Source: Mycobacteriales bacterium | GTDB taxonomy: Bacteria; Actinomycetota; Actinomycetes; Mycobacteriales; QHCE01 | Length of the DNA stretch: 64,000 nt | Direction: 5' to 3' | Assembly: GCA_013362805.1 (NCBI GenBank) | Contig: JABFVL010000046.1 | Coordinates: 2,437 to 66,436 of the forward strand | In this document: positions 18,840 to 27,701 of the stretch, piece after piece | Position numbering within the stretch: the stretch's first letter is position 1 | Layout of the letters: the number at the start of each line of letters is the position of its first letter | The notes under the pieces: model-generated | Told to the model about the DNA's origin: nothing | The model's database searches: none | Seen by the model: only the letters and a program-made list of their open reading frames with translations | Made by a program: the position numbers and the translations under genes

Positions 18840-19250
18840 ATGCATCTGTCAAGCTTCTACCCCGTATTGATGACCGAACGCGTCATCGAAAGCCGCGACT
18901 TTTACACAACTCACTTCGGATTCGACATCAGTTTTGAATCCGACTGGTACATCAGCCTCAAACATCCAACGAACAACTACGAGCTCGCCATCTTGCGACC
19001 GGACCACGAAACCGTGCCCGACAAATTCCGGACCGCGACAAGCGGCCTCATCCTGAACTTTGAGGTTGCCGACGTAAACGCCTTGCACGCAAAGCTGGTG
19101 ACAGACGCCCAACTTCCGGTGGCGCTACCGATCCGCGACGAAGACTTCGGCCAACGACACTTCATCGTCGTCGACCCAAATGGAGTTCTGATCGACGTCA
19201 TCACACCCATCGAACCCACGGCCGAGTTCGCGGCGCAATACACAAGCTAA
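18840..19250 (+). CDS. VOC (glyoxalase/bleomycin-resistance-like) family protein
   Basis: [28 protein letters not shown]...[18 protein letters not shown]. The upstream part of ORF 18711..19250 overlaps the TetR start region and is rejected. Confidence 0.8.
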   Translation: MHLSSFYPVLMTERVIESRDFYTTHFGFDISFESDWYISLKHPTNNYELAILRPDHETVPDKFRTATSGLILNFEVADVNALHAKLVTDAQLPVALPIRDEDFGQRHFIVVDPNGVLIDVITPIEPTAEFAAQYTS

Positions 19251-20395
19251 CTAGCGAACCCGATCTGTGGCACATCTGGCAACAGCGTCGAAATCCCGGC
19301 GGTGCGCATCTGACCAAAGCTGCGAGTGGGAACAAACTGGCGATACACCTGCAAAGCTCGGTGCCATGGCGAGGAAACATCCGTCCTGCCCCACAAAGGC
19401 AGATGCGCCGACAAGGCGGTGGAAAAACTGTGACTCGCCTCGACGGGCAAAGCCGAAGGCAAGTTGTCGATCGCGATCACATCCAAGTTCTGAAGGTGAC
19501 GCACGGGCGTTGCCCAGCTCGTAGTTGTCGTGTTGATATCCCGCAGCGCATTAAGTTCGCCATTCATGTCACACGTGACATCCGCGATGGTGCGCAGCCG
19601 CCGGGTTGGGTTATCTACCTCGCTCGCCAACACAAATGGGGGAACAGAACCCCTCGTGGCGATGGCGTTGACAAGAATCGAATGTTCAAGCACCTCGGCG
19701 CGCCGGTCAGCAATCCCGGCGGTTTCGGGGCGATTCCACGCCGTGACCGCTATTCCCGCTGTCAGCAAGGCGGCCTGCGCACCTTGCCCCGAACGACCCC
19801 TGGCGCCAATGACCAAAGCACGATCGGCGTGCGGGTCAGGAGCATCTTCGCCTGGTTTCATACGCAACAGTGCATCAAGTGCTTCTTTAGTCATCGGCCG
19901 ACGGAACTTGGTGATATGACCACGCGCCTGTAGCACCGCCAACGCAGCACCCACATAGCCAGCCCAAAAGCCAAAAGTGGTCAACCTTTTACCCGCGGCA
20001 TCGGTCAACTCTTCCAGGTCAAATAGTTCACCACCACCACGCCGGAACCGGTCCAACAAGTCTTGGGCGCCAATTTGCCCCTTGAACGCATGTCCGAAAA
20101 ACACATGTTGATGGGTCAGCATCGGCGGCATGACGGGAAGAGCTTTCAGCCCAATAATGACGGTGCCCGCCGGCGCTTGTGTCCAGCTTCCGGCTTCGAC
20201 AATTGTGCAGCCCACCGCCCGGTAATGCTCGCTGGGAAAAACACGATGGCTAGATTCTTCGACCGTTACACCCACTCCCATATTTATGAGCGCACCGGCA
20301 TGCTCGGGAATGAGCGGCGCCCTGTGCTCAATAGGCGCTCCTGTTTCATCGGCAAGGGTTTCGTTGCGCATCCATAGCGCGGGAAATGGGGTCAC
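19247..20395 (-). CDS. Saccharopine dehydrogenase (L-lysine-forming, LYS1-like), AlaDH/PNT-fold
   Basis: LWMRNE...[11 protein letters not shown]-terminus, and the Rossmann motif [16 protein letters not shown] 20395 sits 6 nt behind AAGGGGG. Confidence 0.7.
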   Translation of the reverse strand: MTPFPALWMRNETLADETGAPIEHRAPLIPEHAGALINMGVGVTVEESSHRVFPSEHYRAVGCTIVEAGSWTQAPAGTVIIGLKALPVMPPMLTHQHVFFGHAFKGQIGAQDLLDRFRRGGGELFDLEELTDAAGKRLTTFGFWAGYVGAALAVLQARGHITKFRRPMTKEALDALLRMKPGEDAPDPHADRALVIGARGRSGQGAQAALLTAGIAVTAWNRPETAGIADRRAEVLEHSILVNAIATRGSVPPFVLASEVDNPTRRLRTIADVTCDMNGELNALRDINTTTTSWATPVRHLQNLDVIAIDNLPSALPVEASHSFSTALSAHLPLWGRTDVSSPWHRALQVYRQFVPTRSFGQMRTAGISTLLPDVPQIGFAS

Positions 20396-20740
20396 TGAAT
20401 TCCCCCTTTCAACAGGGTGAAGCAAATACGATGTTGGCCACGTCTCGTACGCGGGTCATGTGAGACGGCAGATGCGGGATTTATGCGTTAAGCAAATGCG
20501 TCGCATGACAATTCTACGCGCCGCGCCTAGCAAGAAAAATACGAGAAAATCACGACGGAAGAAATCGAATGTATGACGCGTTGCACCCGAAAGTAGTGCT
20601 AGATGGATATGCCGTAATTGGCTCGATTTGAACAAATTCTGAACACAGCATTGTGGCCATAGAGCTCATAAGACTCCATGGCCACAGCTCTCCCACTATG
20701 CGCAAAGAATTCAAAGGTCAGACAGGGTAGGGACGCTCTC

Positions 20741-21220
20741 TCATCCAGCAACGGCGTAGGCGTCTTTCAGCCCCTGAAGGTCAATCTTGCGCATTCTCAA
20801 CAGCGCCTGTGTCACCGCGTTAGCCTTTGCCGGATCAGGGTCACTCATAAGCTCAATAAGAACGCTCGGAACGATCTGCCAAGACACCCCATATTTATCC
20901 TTGAGCCACCCACATTGGCCAGGAGCACCACCATCGACAGTCAGCTTTTCCCACAATTCATCAATTTCTTCTTGAGATTCACAGTCCACATAGAACGAAA
21001 TTGATTCATTGAATTTGAATTCTGGGCCCCCATTCAAGGCCACAAAAGCCTCACCCTCGATCTCAAAATTGACGAGCAAAACCGTTCCAGCTGGGCGAGG
21101 CCCGCTTTCGCCATAGTAATTAATAGAAGAAATTCTAGAGTTCTTAAAGATCGAACAGTAATAGTTGGCGGCATCCTCGGCCTGGGTGTCAAACCACAGA
21201 CACGGCGTGATCTTCTGCAT
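20741..21220 (-). CDS. VOC family protein, PhnB / 3-demethylubiquinone-9 3-methyltransferase-domain type
   Basis: MQKITPCLWFDTQAEDAANYYCSIF...GWLKDKYGVSWQIVP is a hallmark of this family. ATG 21220 lies behind GAAGGAG. Confidence 0.85.
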   Translation of the reverse strand: MQKITPCLWFDTQAEDAANYYCSIFKNSRISSINYYGESGPRPAGTVLLVNFEIEGEAFVALNGGPEFKFNESISFYVDCESQEEIDELWEKLTVDGGAPGQCGWLKDKYGVSWQIVPSVLIELMSDPDPAKANAVTQALLRMRKIDLQGLKDAYAVAG

Positions 21221-21322
21221 CGCGAGCTCCTTCACCTCTGCTTACCTAATTGACTACCCGCTTACTGGTGCGGCGGAAACGTCAAATAGCAGCGGGTCGA
21301 ATAAATCCTGGCGAAGCAGCGC

Positions 21323-21907
21323 CTAGTCTGCGAGCAACACAGCACGCACGGGAGAACCGTCAGCATCAGCAATACGCAAGGGCAACGCCGAGAGCACATA
21401 ACGACCCGCCGGAACGCCCGTCAAATCGAGCTTCTCCAACAATGGAATACCCGCGCCGAGCAGCAAACGGTGAACAGGAAACTCCTCACCCAGCGCGTCA
21501 ACACTCAAACTATCGATGCCTACCAAAGATGGGCTCATCTCACTGAGCAGCTCCGCCGCCTCCGTAGACAGGTGACCGGCACCACCCGTGTGGAAAAGCA
21601 CGGCTTCGCCCTCGGCGACAACGGGCACATCCTGTTCGGACACTATCGATGTGGTGTGCACAACCTCGGCCGGGCCGAAGAACCGCGACAGCTCAAGCTG
21701 TTCCAAGCTCTTTCCGCCCTGCACAAAATGCGACGGCGCATCGACATGGGTGCCGGTGTGAGTCGTGAAATTGTGCAATTCAGTCAGCCGCGATGAGGAA
21801 CCATCGCTCCATTGAGCGCGCATCACATTGAGGCGCGGAGCTGGATCACCCGGATATACCGCCATGGAATCGTCAATAACGATTGAGATGTCGATGATCC
21901 GGCTCAC
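21323..21907 (-). CDS. Cyclase family protein (kynurenine formamidase-like metal hydrolase)
   Basis: The HTGTHVDAPSHF motif (HxGTHxDxPxH). GTG start behind AGGGAGAG, 13 nt after the stop of the upstream gene. Confidence 0.8.
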   Translation of the reverse strand: MSRIIDISIVIDDSMAVYPGDPAPRLNVMRAQWSDGSSSRLTELHNFTTHTGTHVDAPSHFVQGGKSLEQLELSRFFGPAEVVHTTSIVSEQDVPVVAEGEAVLFHTGGAGHLSTEAAELLSEMSPSLVGIDSLSVDALGEEFPVHRLLLGAGIPLLEKLDLTGVPAGRYVLSALPLRIADADGSPVRAVLLAD

Positions 21908-21920
21908 AAGGCTCTCCCTG

Positions 21921-22553
21921 CTATCGCACCGTCAATGTCGCGCCTTTAGACAACGGTGAATCGTGCAGCTCAAGCTCAGTGATGCTCACACCCACAGGCA
22001 GGTCGAACAAAAAGGTGAGCTCGAGCTTTTCGCCACTGGTGATGGTGACTGGAAGAACAAGCTCGCCATAGAGTTCTTCCATGGCGGCCTCATCCAGCCC
22101 CACCTTGTCACCATTGTCTAAGTGCGCGCTCTGCAAACCAGATAGCAGCACCCTGGGTTGGTTGCCAATATTCTCGACAGTCACAGGCAAAATACAAAAC
22201 TGTCCATCTGCGATTTGGGTGTAATTTCCTTGATTCGCCGTTGGATTGCCGCAGCTCAGTTCACCCGTTCGATACTCAAACTGGCCATCTCGAATCGGTT
22301 CACCCACCACCCCTTTAGCTCCGCCGCCTGACTTGCGGCCAGCTGAGGCAATACCCTTCTTTTGCCCGGTGGCTTGAGCAATCAACCAACCCGCGGCAAT
22401 GGCGATGACGAGAACCAAAACGCCGATTCCAATGAGGAATCCCTTGACTGCTTTGTCACCGTTTTGGTGATTGCCCGAGCCTAAGGAACCAGAAGCAGCC
22501 AGCAGGGACGCCACATCACGTTCATCATGGGGGCGGGCCAAGATTTCTTTCAC
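21921..22553 (-). CDS. Bitopic membrane protein with a DUF4352-like extracytoplasmic beta-sandwich domain
   Basis: One TM segment (FLIGIGVLVLVIAIAAGWLIA), a Gly/Lys linker, then a beta-rich domain (FCILPVTVENIGNQP...LELTFLFDLP). GTG start behind GAGGGGA. Confidence 0.7.
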   Translation of the reverse strand: MKEILARPHDERDVASLLAASGSLGSGNHQNGDKAVKGFLIGIGVLVLVIAIAAGWLIAQATGQKKGIASAGRKSGGGAKGVVGEPIRDGQFEYRTGELSCGNPTANQGNYTQIADGQFCILPVTVENIGNQPRVLLSGLQSAHLDNGDKVGLDEAAMEELYGELVLPVTITSGEKLELTFLFDLPVGVSITELELHDSPLSKGATLTVR

Positions 22554-22635
22554 AGTTGTCCCCTCGTCGCAGCTGGCAGCTCTCGCTAGTTTAGTGAGTC
22601 GTATATCGCCCCGTACGCCGGAATGCGATTACCTA

Positions 22636-23118
22636 TCAGGACCACGCGAACACGATAAGTAGGAGCAAAACGGCGCCAACCGCCCCGGCGGCCATCAAAC
22701 GTCTACGCAGAAACAACCGCCGACGCGCCAACACCTGCGCGGCCGACTCATCGTCAGCCATCCGGCGTCCCGCAGTGCGCAAATTCGCCAACGCGCCCTC
22801 AAACTCACGGACACCCGAACGCACCTCACCCAGCAACAACTCGGGATCCGTCTCAGCGACACTCGGCGCACCCAACGTGTCCGGGATCAGCACCTTCGAC
22901 GCCACCAACCGAGCCTGCGCATTCGACATCGCCCGACGCGCCTGCAACACCCACTCCGCACAACGACGCAACTCGGCATCCCGCAACGACTTCGCCGCCG
23001 ACAGCGCACTTTCCTGCTCAGCCCGAGCCTGCGCCAACCGCTCATCCCGCGAAGCGGGCACCTGCGCCAAACCCCGCATCGCCTCGGCATACTCCGACCA
23101 CAAAGGATCAGGCTTCAT
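22636..23118 (-). CDS. Tail-anchored coiled-coil protein (hypothetical)
   Basis: 160 aa: Ala/Arg/Glu-rich helices followed by a C-terminal TM segment (MAAGAVGAVLLLLIVFAW). The ATG at 23118 shares TGATG with the FtsK-like stop. Confidence 0.7.
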   Translation of the reverse strand: MKPDPLWSEYAEAMRGLAQVPASRDERLAQARAEQESALSAAKSLRDAELRRCAEWVLQARRAMSNAQARLVASKVLIPDTLGAPSVAETDPELLLGEVRSGVREFEGALANLRTAGRRMADDESAAQVLARRRLFLRRRLMAAGAVGAVLLLLIVFAWS

Positions 23119-25868
23119 CACGCACCCCCCGGACACGCGAACGGCACCACCGGCACCGGTTCAGCGCCCTGCCCACGATCCACAAACAAACCACGATGCG
23201 GCCGCGCCTGATACCGCACATAAGGACCACACAACGCCTGCACATCACTTTCCGGCGCCCGCAAAAACAACGCGCCCGCGACAAGTGGAGCCACGTCATA
23301 GCCCAACTGTTCGTTGAAGACCCGCAGGGAACCCCACCAGCCAATCAGGAACACCTCAACCAGCGGCCCATCGCGCACAATTCGCGACAGCGCCTCCGCC
23401 GGTGAACGCCCCGACATCGAGAACTGCCCCAACCGAGCCGCCCGATGCAAACCGGCCGCCAACACATAGACCCGGCGACGCGCCACATCCGGCTCGTTGA
23501 GCCGTTCATCCACCAAAGCGCCCAACTCCAGCAGCGCGTCACCCATCTGGCTTTCTTCCCGCACACTCACCGCATGACCGGCCGCCACCAAATCATCGGC
23601 CAAACGCTCCAGCTGCGGTGTCGGGTTACTGCTATCCCGAGCACCATCCAAAATCACGAATTCGGAGCTAGCCGCATTTCCGGCGGCGCCGACACCACCC
23701 AGGGAGTATGCCGCAGAATGCAGAATGCCCAAAGCGTCATTGCGCCCATCGCCAATAATCGCCAAAACTCGGCCCGGAGCCCGATCGAACGAGAACGAGA
23801 CCGGCACTGAATCCACCGTGATCGGCAAGCCCAACAGCGCGTCACGATCGCCCAAGCTCTTCGCTGAGGGTTCCAGCAAGTCGGGCTCACTCGGCCGCGA
23901 AGCGTAGAAAACGCGCGGCGCCAGCCGCTGTTGTGGCTGCCAGCGCGACCACAACATGTGACGCAGCCGGTCCAGTTGGCGTTCCTCAGCGAACGCCACT
24001 ACGGCCCGCCGGTTCGCATCCATCGCGCCATAATCTGAGTTGAGCACCAATTCACCGCGATAACGCAACGAAGCGGCCGCCGTGTTGCCCCGACCCAACA
24101 CCGCCTCAGATTCGCTCGACTCGGTCTTGAGGCTCAACCGCCACGGGAACTGGCCAAAAATCGAGCGTTCTTTCGAAGCCAAAGTGTCAATGCCCGACAG
24201 GGTTTGTGAAGCCAACACCAAATGGATACCGACGGCGCGACCACGCCGAGACAAATTCTCCAAAATAGATATCGCTTCCCGGCCAATATCGTCGGACTCG
24301 GCAACCAACACCTGAAATTCGTCGATGACCACCAAAAGGCGCGGCAAGACCTCATCGGGATGAGCCTGGCGATATGCCGCCAAACTGTTGGCATCACCAG
24401 CACGGAACCGCTCAGCCCGCCGACGGAACTGCTCCTCAATGTGGCGCAGCACCGCCAAACCAAACAGCCGATCGCCCTCCAAACCCAAAACTTTGGCGTG
24501 CGGCAACCAATGTTCACGACTCGCCGACGGCCCCAATCGGTCAAACTCAAGGCCCTCTTTGAAGTCGAGCAGATACATCTCCACCTCATCGGGGCTATAT
24601 GAGGCGGCAATGCTGTGCAAAAGCACCAACAACAAGTTCGATTTACCTTGCCCCGAAGCTCCACCAATCAACGCGTTCGCCAACGCTGGATCAGCGCCAC
24701 GCAACCGAAGCTTCACCAAATCAAGGCCCGACTTGCCGATGACAGCGGTCAGCCCCTCAGTGCCATCGGCGCTCCACACCAAAGCCGGATCGGGCAGAAG
24801 ATCACGAAACTCGACCACCGGCGCGGCACCAGCCGCCGCCAAATTCGCGACCTGATGACACACCTGCTCGATCAAGGCGCGTGGCGGAGAGGCATCGCAG
24901 TGAACATCTACGCCGGGCAGCGTCGACAGCTCGACAGCGCCACCGTTGGAACGCACGACCACCGAATCGCCAAACAACCCGGCCATGTTGAGCTCGGTCT
25001 CATTGGGCAGCCGAGGCAGCGACGGATCGTGATGAATGAGCATGCTCACGCCACGGCGCGGCCCAGCATGGGCCAGACGCATCACCTCGGCGTGAATGCG
25101 CGCATCGACGCCATACGGATAGTCGAGCAGCACAAATAGCCGGTAGGGCTCAGTTTGCATTCCCGTCAGCGCGCGCAGCTCCGCGACATCTTCGGCATCG
25201 TGCGCACCCGCCAAGTCGGCCATTCGCAGCGCGGCATCGCGCGCCTCATGCAACTTCTCGAGCAGCACGGGGCCGGTGGCTATAGGTTCACCAAACAGTT
25301 CACCAGCCTCTTTACGCAGTGCCGAAAATGGACTCAGCGCGCCACGAAGCTTCGGGTCGTACACAATCACTTCACAACGTCCAGCCGGCGCTGTGGCCAG
25401 GGCACGCAAGAGCAAGCTATGCAGTGCGCCGAACGACCAGGTTTGCTCCTCATTCGCCGACAACACGATGTTGCCCGCGTCGAGTAGCGGCACGAGAGCT
25501 GGGGCATCTCCCGCCGAGCCTATGCGCAGGTAGCGGGCGCCAGCACCGAGCCATTCGCCACTGCGCCACGCCGGATCGAAAAAGTCGCGGAGCGCGAGCC
25601 CAGGGGCAAGCCGCTCGGCACGAGATTGCACTACGGTGAGCGCGTTCTCAAGTGCCTCGGCGGCATCGGCCTCCGCGCTTTCGGTGGCTCGATGCAATGC
25701 GCGGGCGGCATCACGTTCGGACACGGTGTAGGCGTTGCGGGCTGAGGCGGCGGCTGAATCAGCCGCCGCCCGCAGGGCCTCTGTGTGCGAGTGCAATCGA
25801 AGGAAAGCCGCTCGCATGAGCTGCTCTTCTTCGGCCGTATGGACGGAACCCCAGATATGTGTTGTCAC
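23118..25868 (-). CDS. FtsK/SpoIIIE-family ATPase with three tandem P-loop-like modules (EssC/EccC-like core), no TM segment seen
   Basis: The central module has Walker A GGASGQGKSNLL and Walker B LLVVIDEFQVL, followed by GRAVGIHLVLASQ. The flanking modules repeat the layout with degenerate motifs: NIVLSANEEQ / LFVLLDYP / GVSMLIHHD, and VLAIIGDGRNDALG / VYVLAAGLH / VEVFLIGWWGS. The N-terminus is a coiled coil. Confidence 0.85.
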   Translation of the reverse strand: MTTHIWGSVHTAEEEQLMRAAFLRLHSHTEALRAAADSAAASARNAYTVSERDAARALHRATESAEADAAEALENALTVVQSRAERLAPGLALRDFFDPAWRSGEWLGAGARYLRIGSAGDAPALVPLLDAGNIVLSANEEQTWSFGALHSLLLRALATAPAGRCEVIVYDPKLRGALSPFSALRKEAGELFGEPIATGPVLLEKLHEARDAALRMADLAGAHDAEDVAELRALTGMQTEPYRLFVLLDYPYGVDARIHAEVMRLAHAGPRRGVSMLIHHDPSLPRLPNETELNMAGLFGDSVVVRSNGGAVELSTLPGVDVHCDASPPRALIEQVCHQVANLAAAGAAPVVEFRDLLPDPALVWSADGTEGLTAVIGKSGLDLVKLRLRGADPALANALIGGASGQGKSNLLLVLLHSIAASYSPDEVEMYLLDFKEGLEFDRLGPSASREHWLPHAKVLGLEGDRLFGLAVLRHIEEQFRRRAERFRAGDANSLAAYRQAHPDEVLPRLLVVIDEFQVLVAESDDIGREAISILENLSRRGRAVGIHLVLASQTLSGIDTLASKERSIFGQFPWRLSLKTESSESEAVLGRGNTAAASLRYRGELVLNSDYGAMDANRRAVVAFAEERQLDRLRHMLWSRWQPQQRLAPRVFYASRPSEPDLLEPSAKSLGDRDALLGLPITVDSVPVSFSFDRAPGRVLAIIGDGRNDALGILHSAAYSLGGVGAAGNAASSEFVILDGARDSSNPTPQLERLADDLVAAGHAVSVREESQMGDALLELGALVDERLNEPDVARRRVYVLAAGLHRAARLGQFSMSGRSPAEALSRIVRDGPLVEVFLIGWWGSLRVFNEQLGYDVAPLVAGALFLRAPESDVQALCGPYVRYQARPHRGLFVDRGQGAEPVPVVPFACPGGA

Positions 25869-25876
25869 GGCCGCGC

Positions 25877-26140
25877 CTACAGGGAAGTAGCGAAGCTATG
25901 TGCCTCATGCGCGGCCCGCTGCAACGCGGCGGCAGCCTCGGTGAGTTCTTTCTCAGCGGCATGCAAGGTGTCGATGATGGCCCGATCTGATTGGCGGGAG
26001 GTGCCGGCGATGGATTGCTGAATCTCATTGGCGGTGTTGCCACATGAGGTCTTCAGACGTTCCAAAGCTTCGGCCATGTTTTTAGAGTTGGTGGCTAGCG
26101 TGCCCACTTGGTTTTTGAGTCGCAGCAATGTGGATTCCAT
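25877..26140 (-). CDS. 87-aa all-helical protein (hairpin-sized like WXG100 proteins, but with no WxG motif)
   Basis: ATG behind AAAGGGCGGG. Heptad-like Ala/Glu/Leu-rich sequence with a central SCGNT turn. It lies 8 nt upstream of the FtsK-like gene. Confidence 0.65.
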   Translation of the reverse strand: MESTLLRLKNQVGTLATNSKNMAEALERLKTSCGNTANEIQQSIAGTSRQSDRAIIDTLHAAEKELTEAAAALQRAAHEAHSFATSL

Positions 26141-26198
26141 CTGCCCGCCCTTTCAATCGACCCGGCAAACAACCAGTCTAGTTCGGCGACAAGGGGTG

Positions 26199-27701
26199 CT
26201 ATATGTCCAAGGTGTGCAAAGCGGCTCGCATTTTGTCGAGTTCGTCTTTGTCGATGGCCGCTTGACGGTCGATGACGAACTCGCCTAGCTCGCGTTGTCG
26301 TTGCGCGTCCAGAACGGACACTTCGATCATGCCATCAGCGGTGTAACCCAAAATGACTTCTACAACCATCTCGTCATGGCCGTGCGGGGGCACCCGAATA
26401 CGCGCTGATCCGACAATCGTCACATACGCCGGATCTTCGTCCTCGCCTTCCGTGACAACGACCAGTATTTCGCGCTGGTTCTCCGCAAGTGTGTGGAACC
26501 GTCGTCGCCCTTGAGCTGGAATGGGGGTATTGCGCGCGATGACCACTGTGTTGATTTCGGCGCCGGTGTTGCCAGAGCGAGCGACAACGCCGAGGCTGTG
26601 TGCGGTGACATCGAAAATAGTGGGCCGGCGTCGACGTTGCGGCAAGTGCCCGGCCACAATTTGATCGGCGCAGATGGCGGCACCCAATGCCACCGCTTCA
26701 TCGGGATGCACGCTGCGATCAACCCGGGTTCCGGTGATGCGTTCGAGCATCGCCGCGACCATTGGCATTCGAGTGGATCCGCCCACCAGCAGCACTGAAT
26801 CTAGATAGCCGGCTTCGATATCCGCCTCGCCTAGCACCTCTTGGGTGATTTCTTCGGTCGAACGCAGTAGCGGCGCGGAAAGTTCGGTAAATAGCCCGCG
26901 GCTGATGGGAATGCCGTGTTCACCAATTTTCACCGACACCTCAGGCAGTGTGGACAGCGCCCGTTTGGCTTGCTCGCATCTGTCCCGCAGCACCGCTTCG
27001 GCGTGCTCCCCATCCAGACTGGACTCATCGCCCAGCTTTTGTAGCTGCTCATCAACATGCAACATCAGCACGTTATCGAAGTCGAATCCACCCAAGTTCC
27101 GGTCACCAGCGGTAGCGAGCACACGGAAATCATCGCCGTCGATTCGGACAACGGTGACGTCAAAAGTGCCGCCACCCAAGTCGTAAACGAGCACGGTTTG
27201 CTCGGGCCCAGGCGCCGTGCGGTAACCGAATGCCAGCGCGGCGGCGGTGGGCTCGTTGAGCACCCGCAATACGTCAAGGCCAGCGATTACCCCCGCCTGG
27301 GCGGTAGCTCGCCGGCGCGCGTCGTCGAAATACGCCGGCACGGTGATCACAGCTTGACGAATCGACTCATTGAGCGCGGCTTCGGCGTCCAACGCGAGCC
27401 GCCGCAGAATCAGCGCGGAAATCTGCGCCGCCGAGTAGCTGGTGCCCGCGCTGGTTTCGAACCGCCAACTGGCATCTCCCATGTGACGTTTGACGAGTTC
27501 AATGCAGTCGGCGGGGGCAACAGTGGCGGCGAGTCGGGCTTGAGTGCCAACAATGGGGCGTTCGGCGTCGAAGTACACGGCCGATGGGGTGGTGGTTTCT
27601 CCGGCCGTGTTCGGAACAATGCGCGCGTGACTCTGCTGCGCGTCTTCCACAATGGCCATCGCTGAATATGTGGTGCCCAGGTCAATCCCAAGGGCCGTCA
27701 T
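26199..27701 (-). CDS. Hsp70 family protein, short form lacking the helical lid (not housekeeping DnaK)
   Basis: GIDLGTTYSAMA, DLGGGTFDVTVV, LLVGGSTRMPMV and NPDEAVALGAA-like (HPDEAVALGAA) motifs. There is a beta-sandwich SBD-like C-terminus, but the protein ends at 500 aa. The start shares ATGA with the upstream stop. Confidence 0.9.
   Translation of the reverse strand: MTALGIDLGTTYSAMAIVEDAQQSHARIVPNTAGETTTPSAVYFDAERPIVGTQARLAATVAPADCIELVKRHMGDASWRFETSAGTSYSAAQISALILRRLALDAEAALNESIRQAVITVPAYFDDARRRATAQAGVIAGLDVLRVLNEPTAAALAFGYRTAPGPEQTVLVYDLGGGTFDVTVVRIDGDDFRVLATAGDRNLGGFDFDNVLMLHVDEQLQKLGDESSLDGEHAEAVLRDRCEQAKRALSTLPEVSVKIGEHGIPISRGLFTELSAPLLRSTEEITQEVLGEADIEAGYLDSVLLVGGSTRMPMVAAMLERITGTRVDRSVHPDEAVALGAAICADQIVAGHLPQRRRRPTIFDVTAHSLGVVARSGNTGAEINTVVIARNTPIPAQGRRRFHTLAENQREILVVVTEGEDEDPAYVTIVGSARIRVPPHGHDEMVVEVILGYTADGMIEVSVLDAQRQRELGEFVIDRQAAIDKDELDKMRAALHTLDI

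Noticed and set aside
26199-27701. Housekeeping DnaK chaperone operon.
   Set aside because: No grpE, canonical dnaJ (Zn finger, HPD) or hspR is adjacent. The protein lacks the lid and is ATGA-coupled to a membrane J-like/TPR protein.
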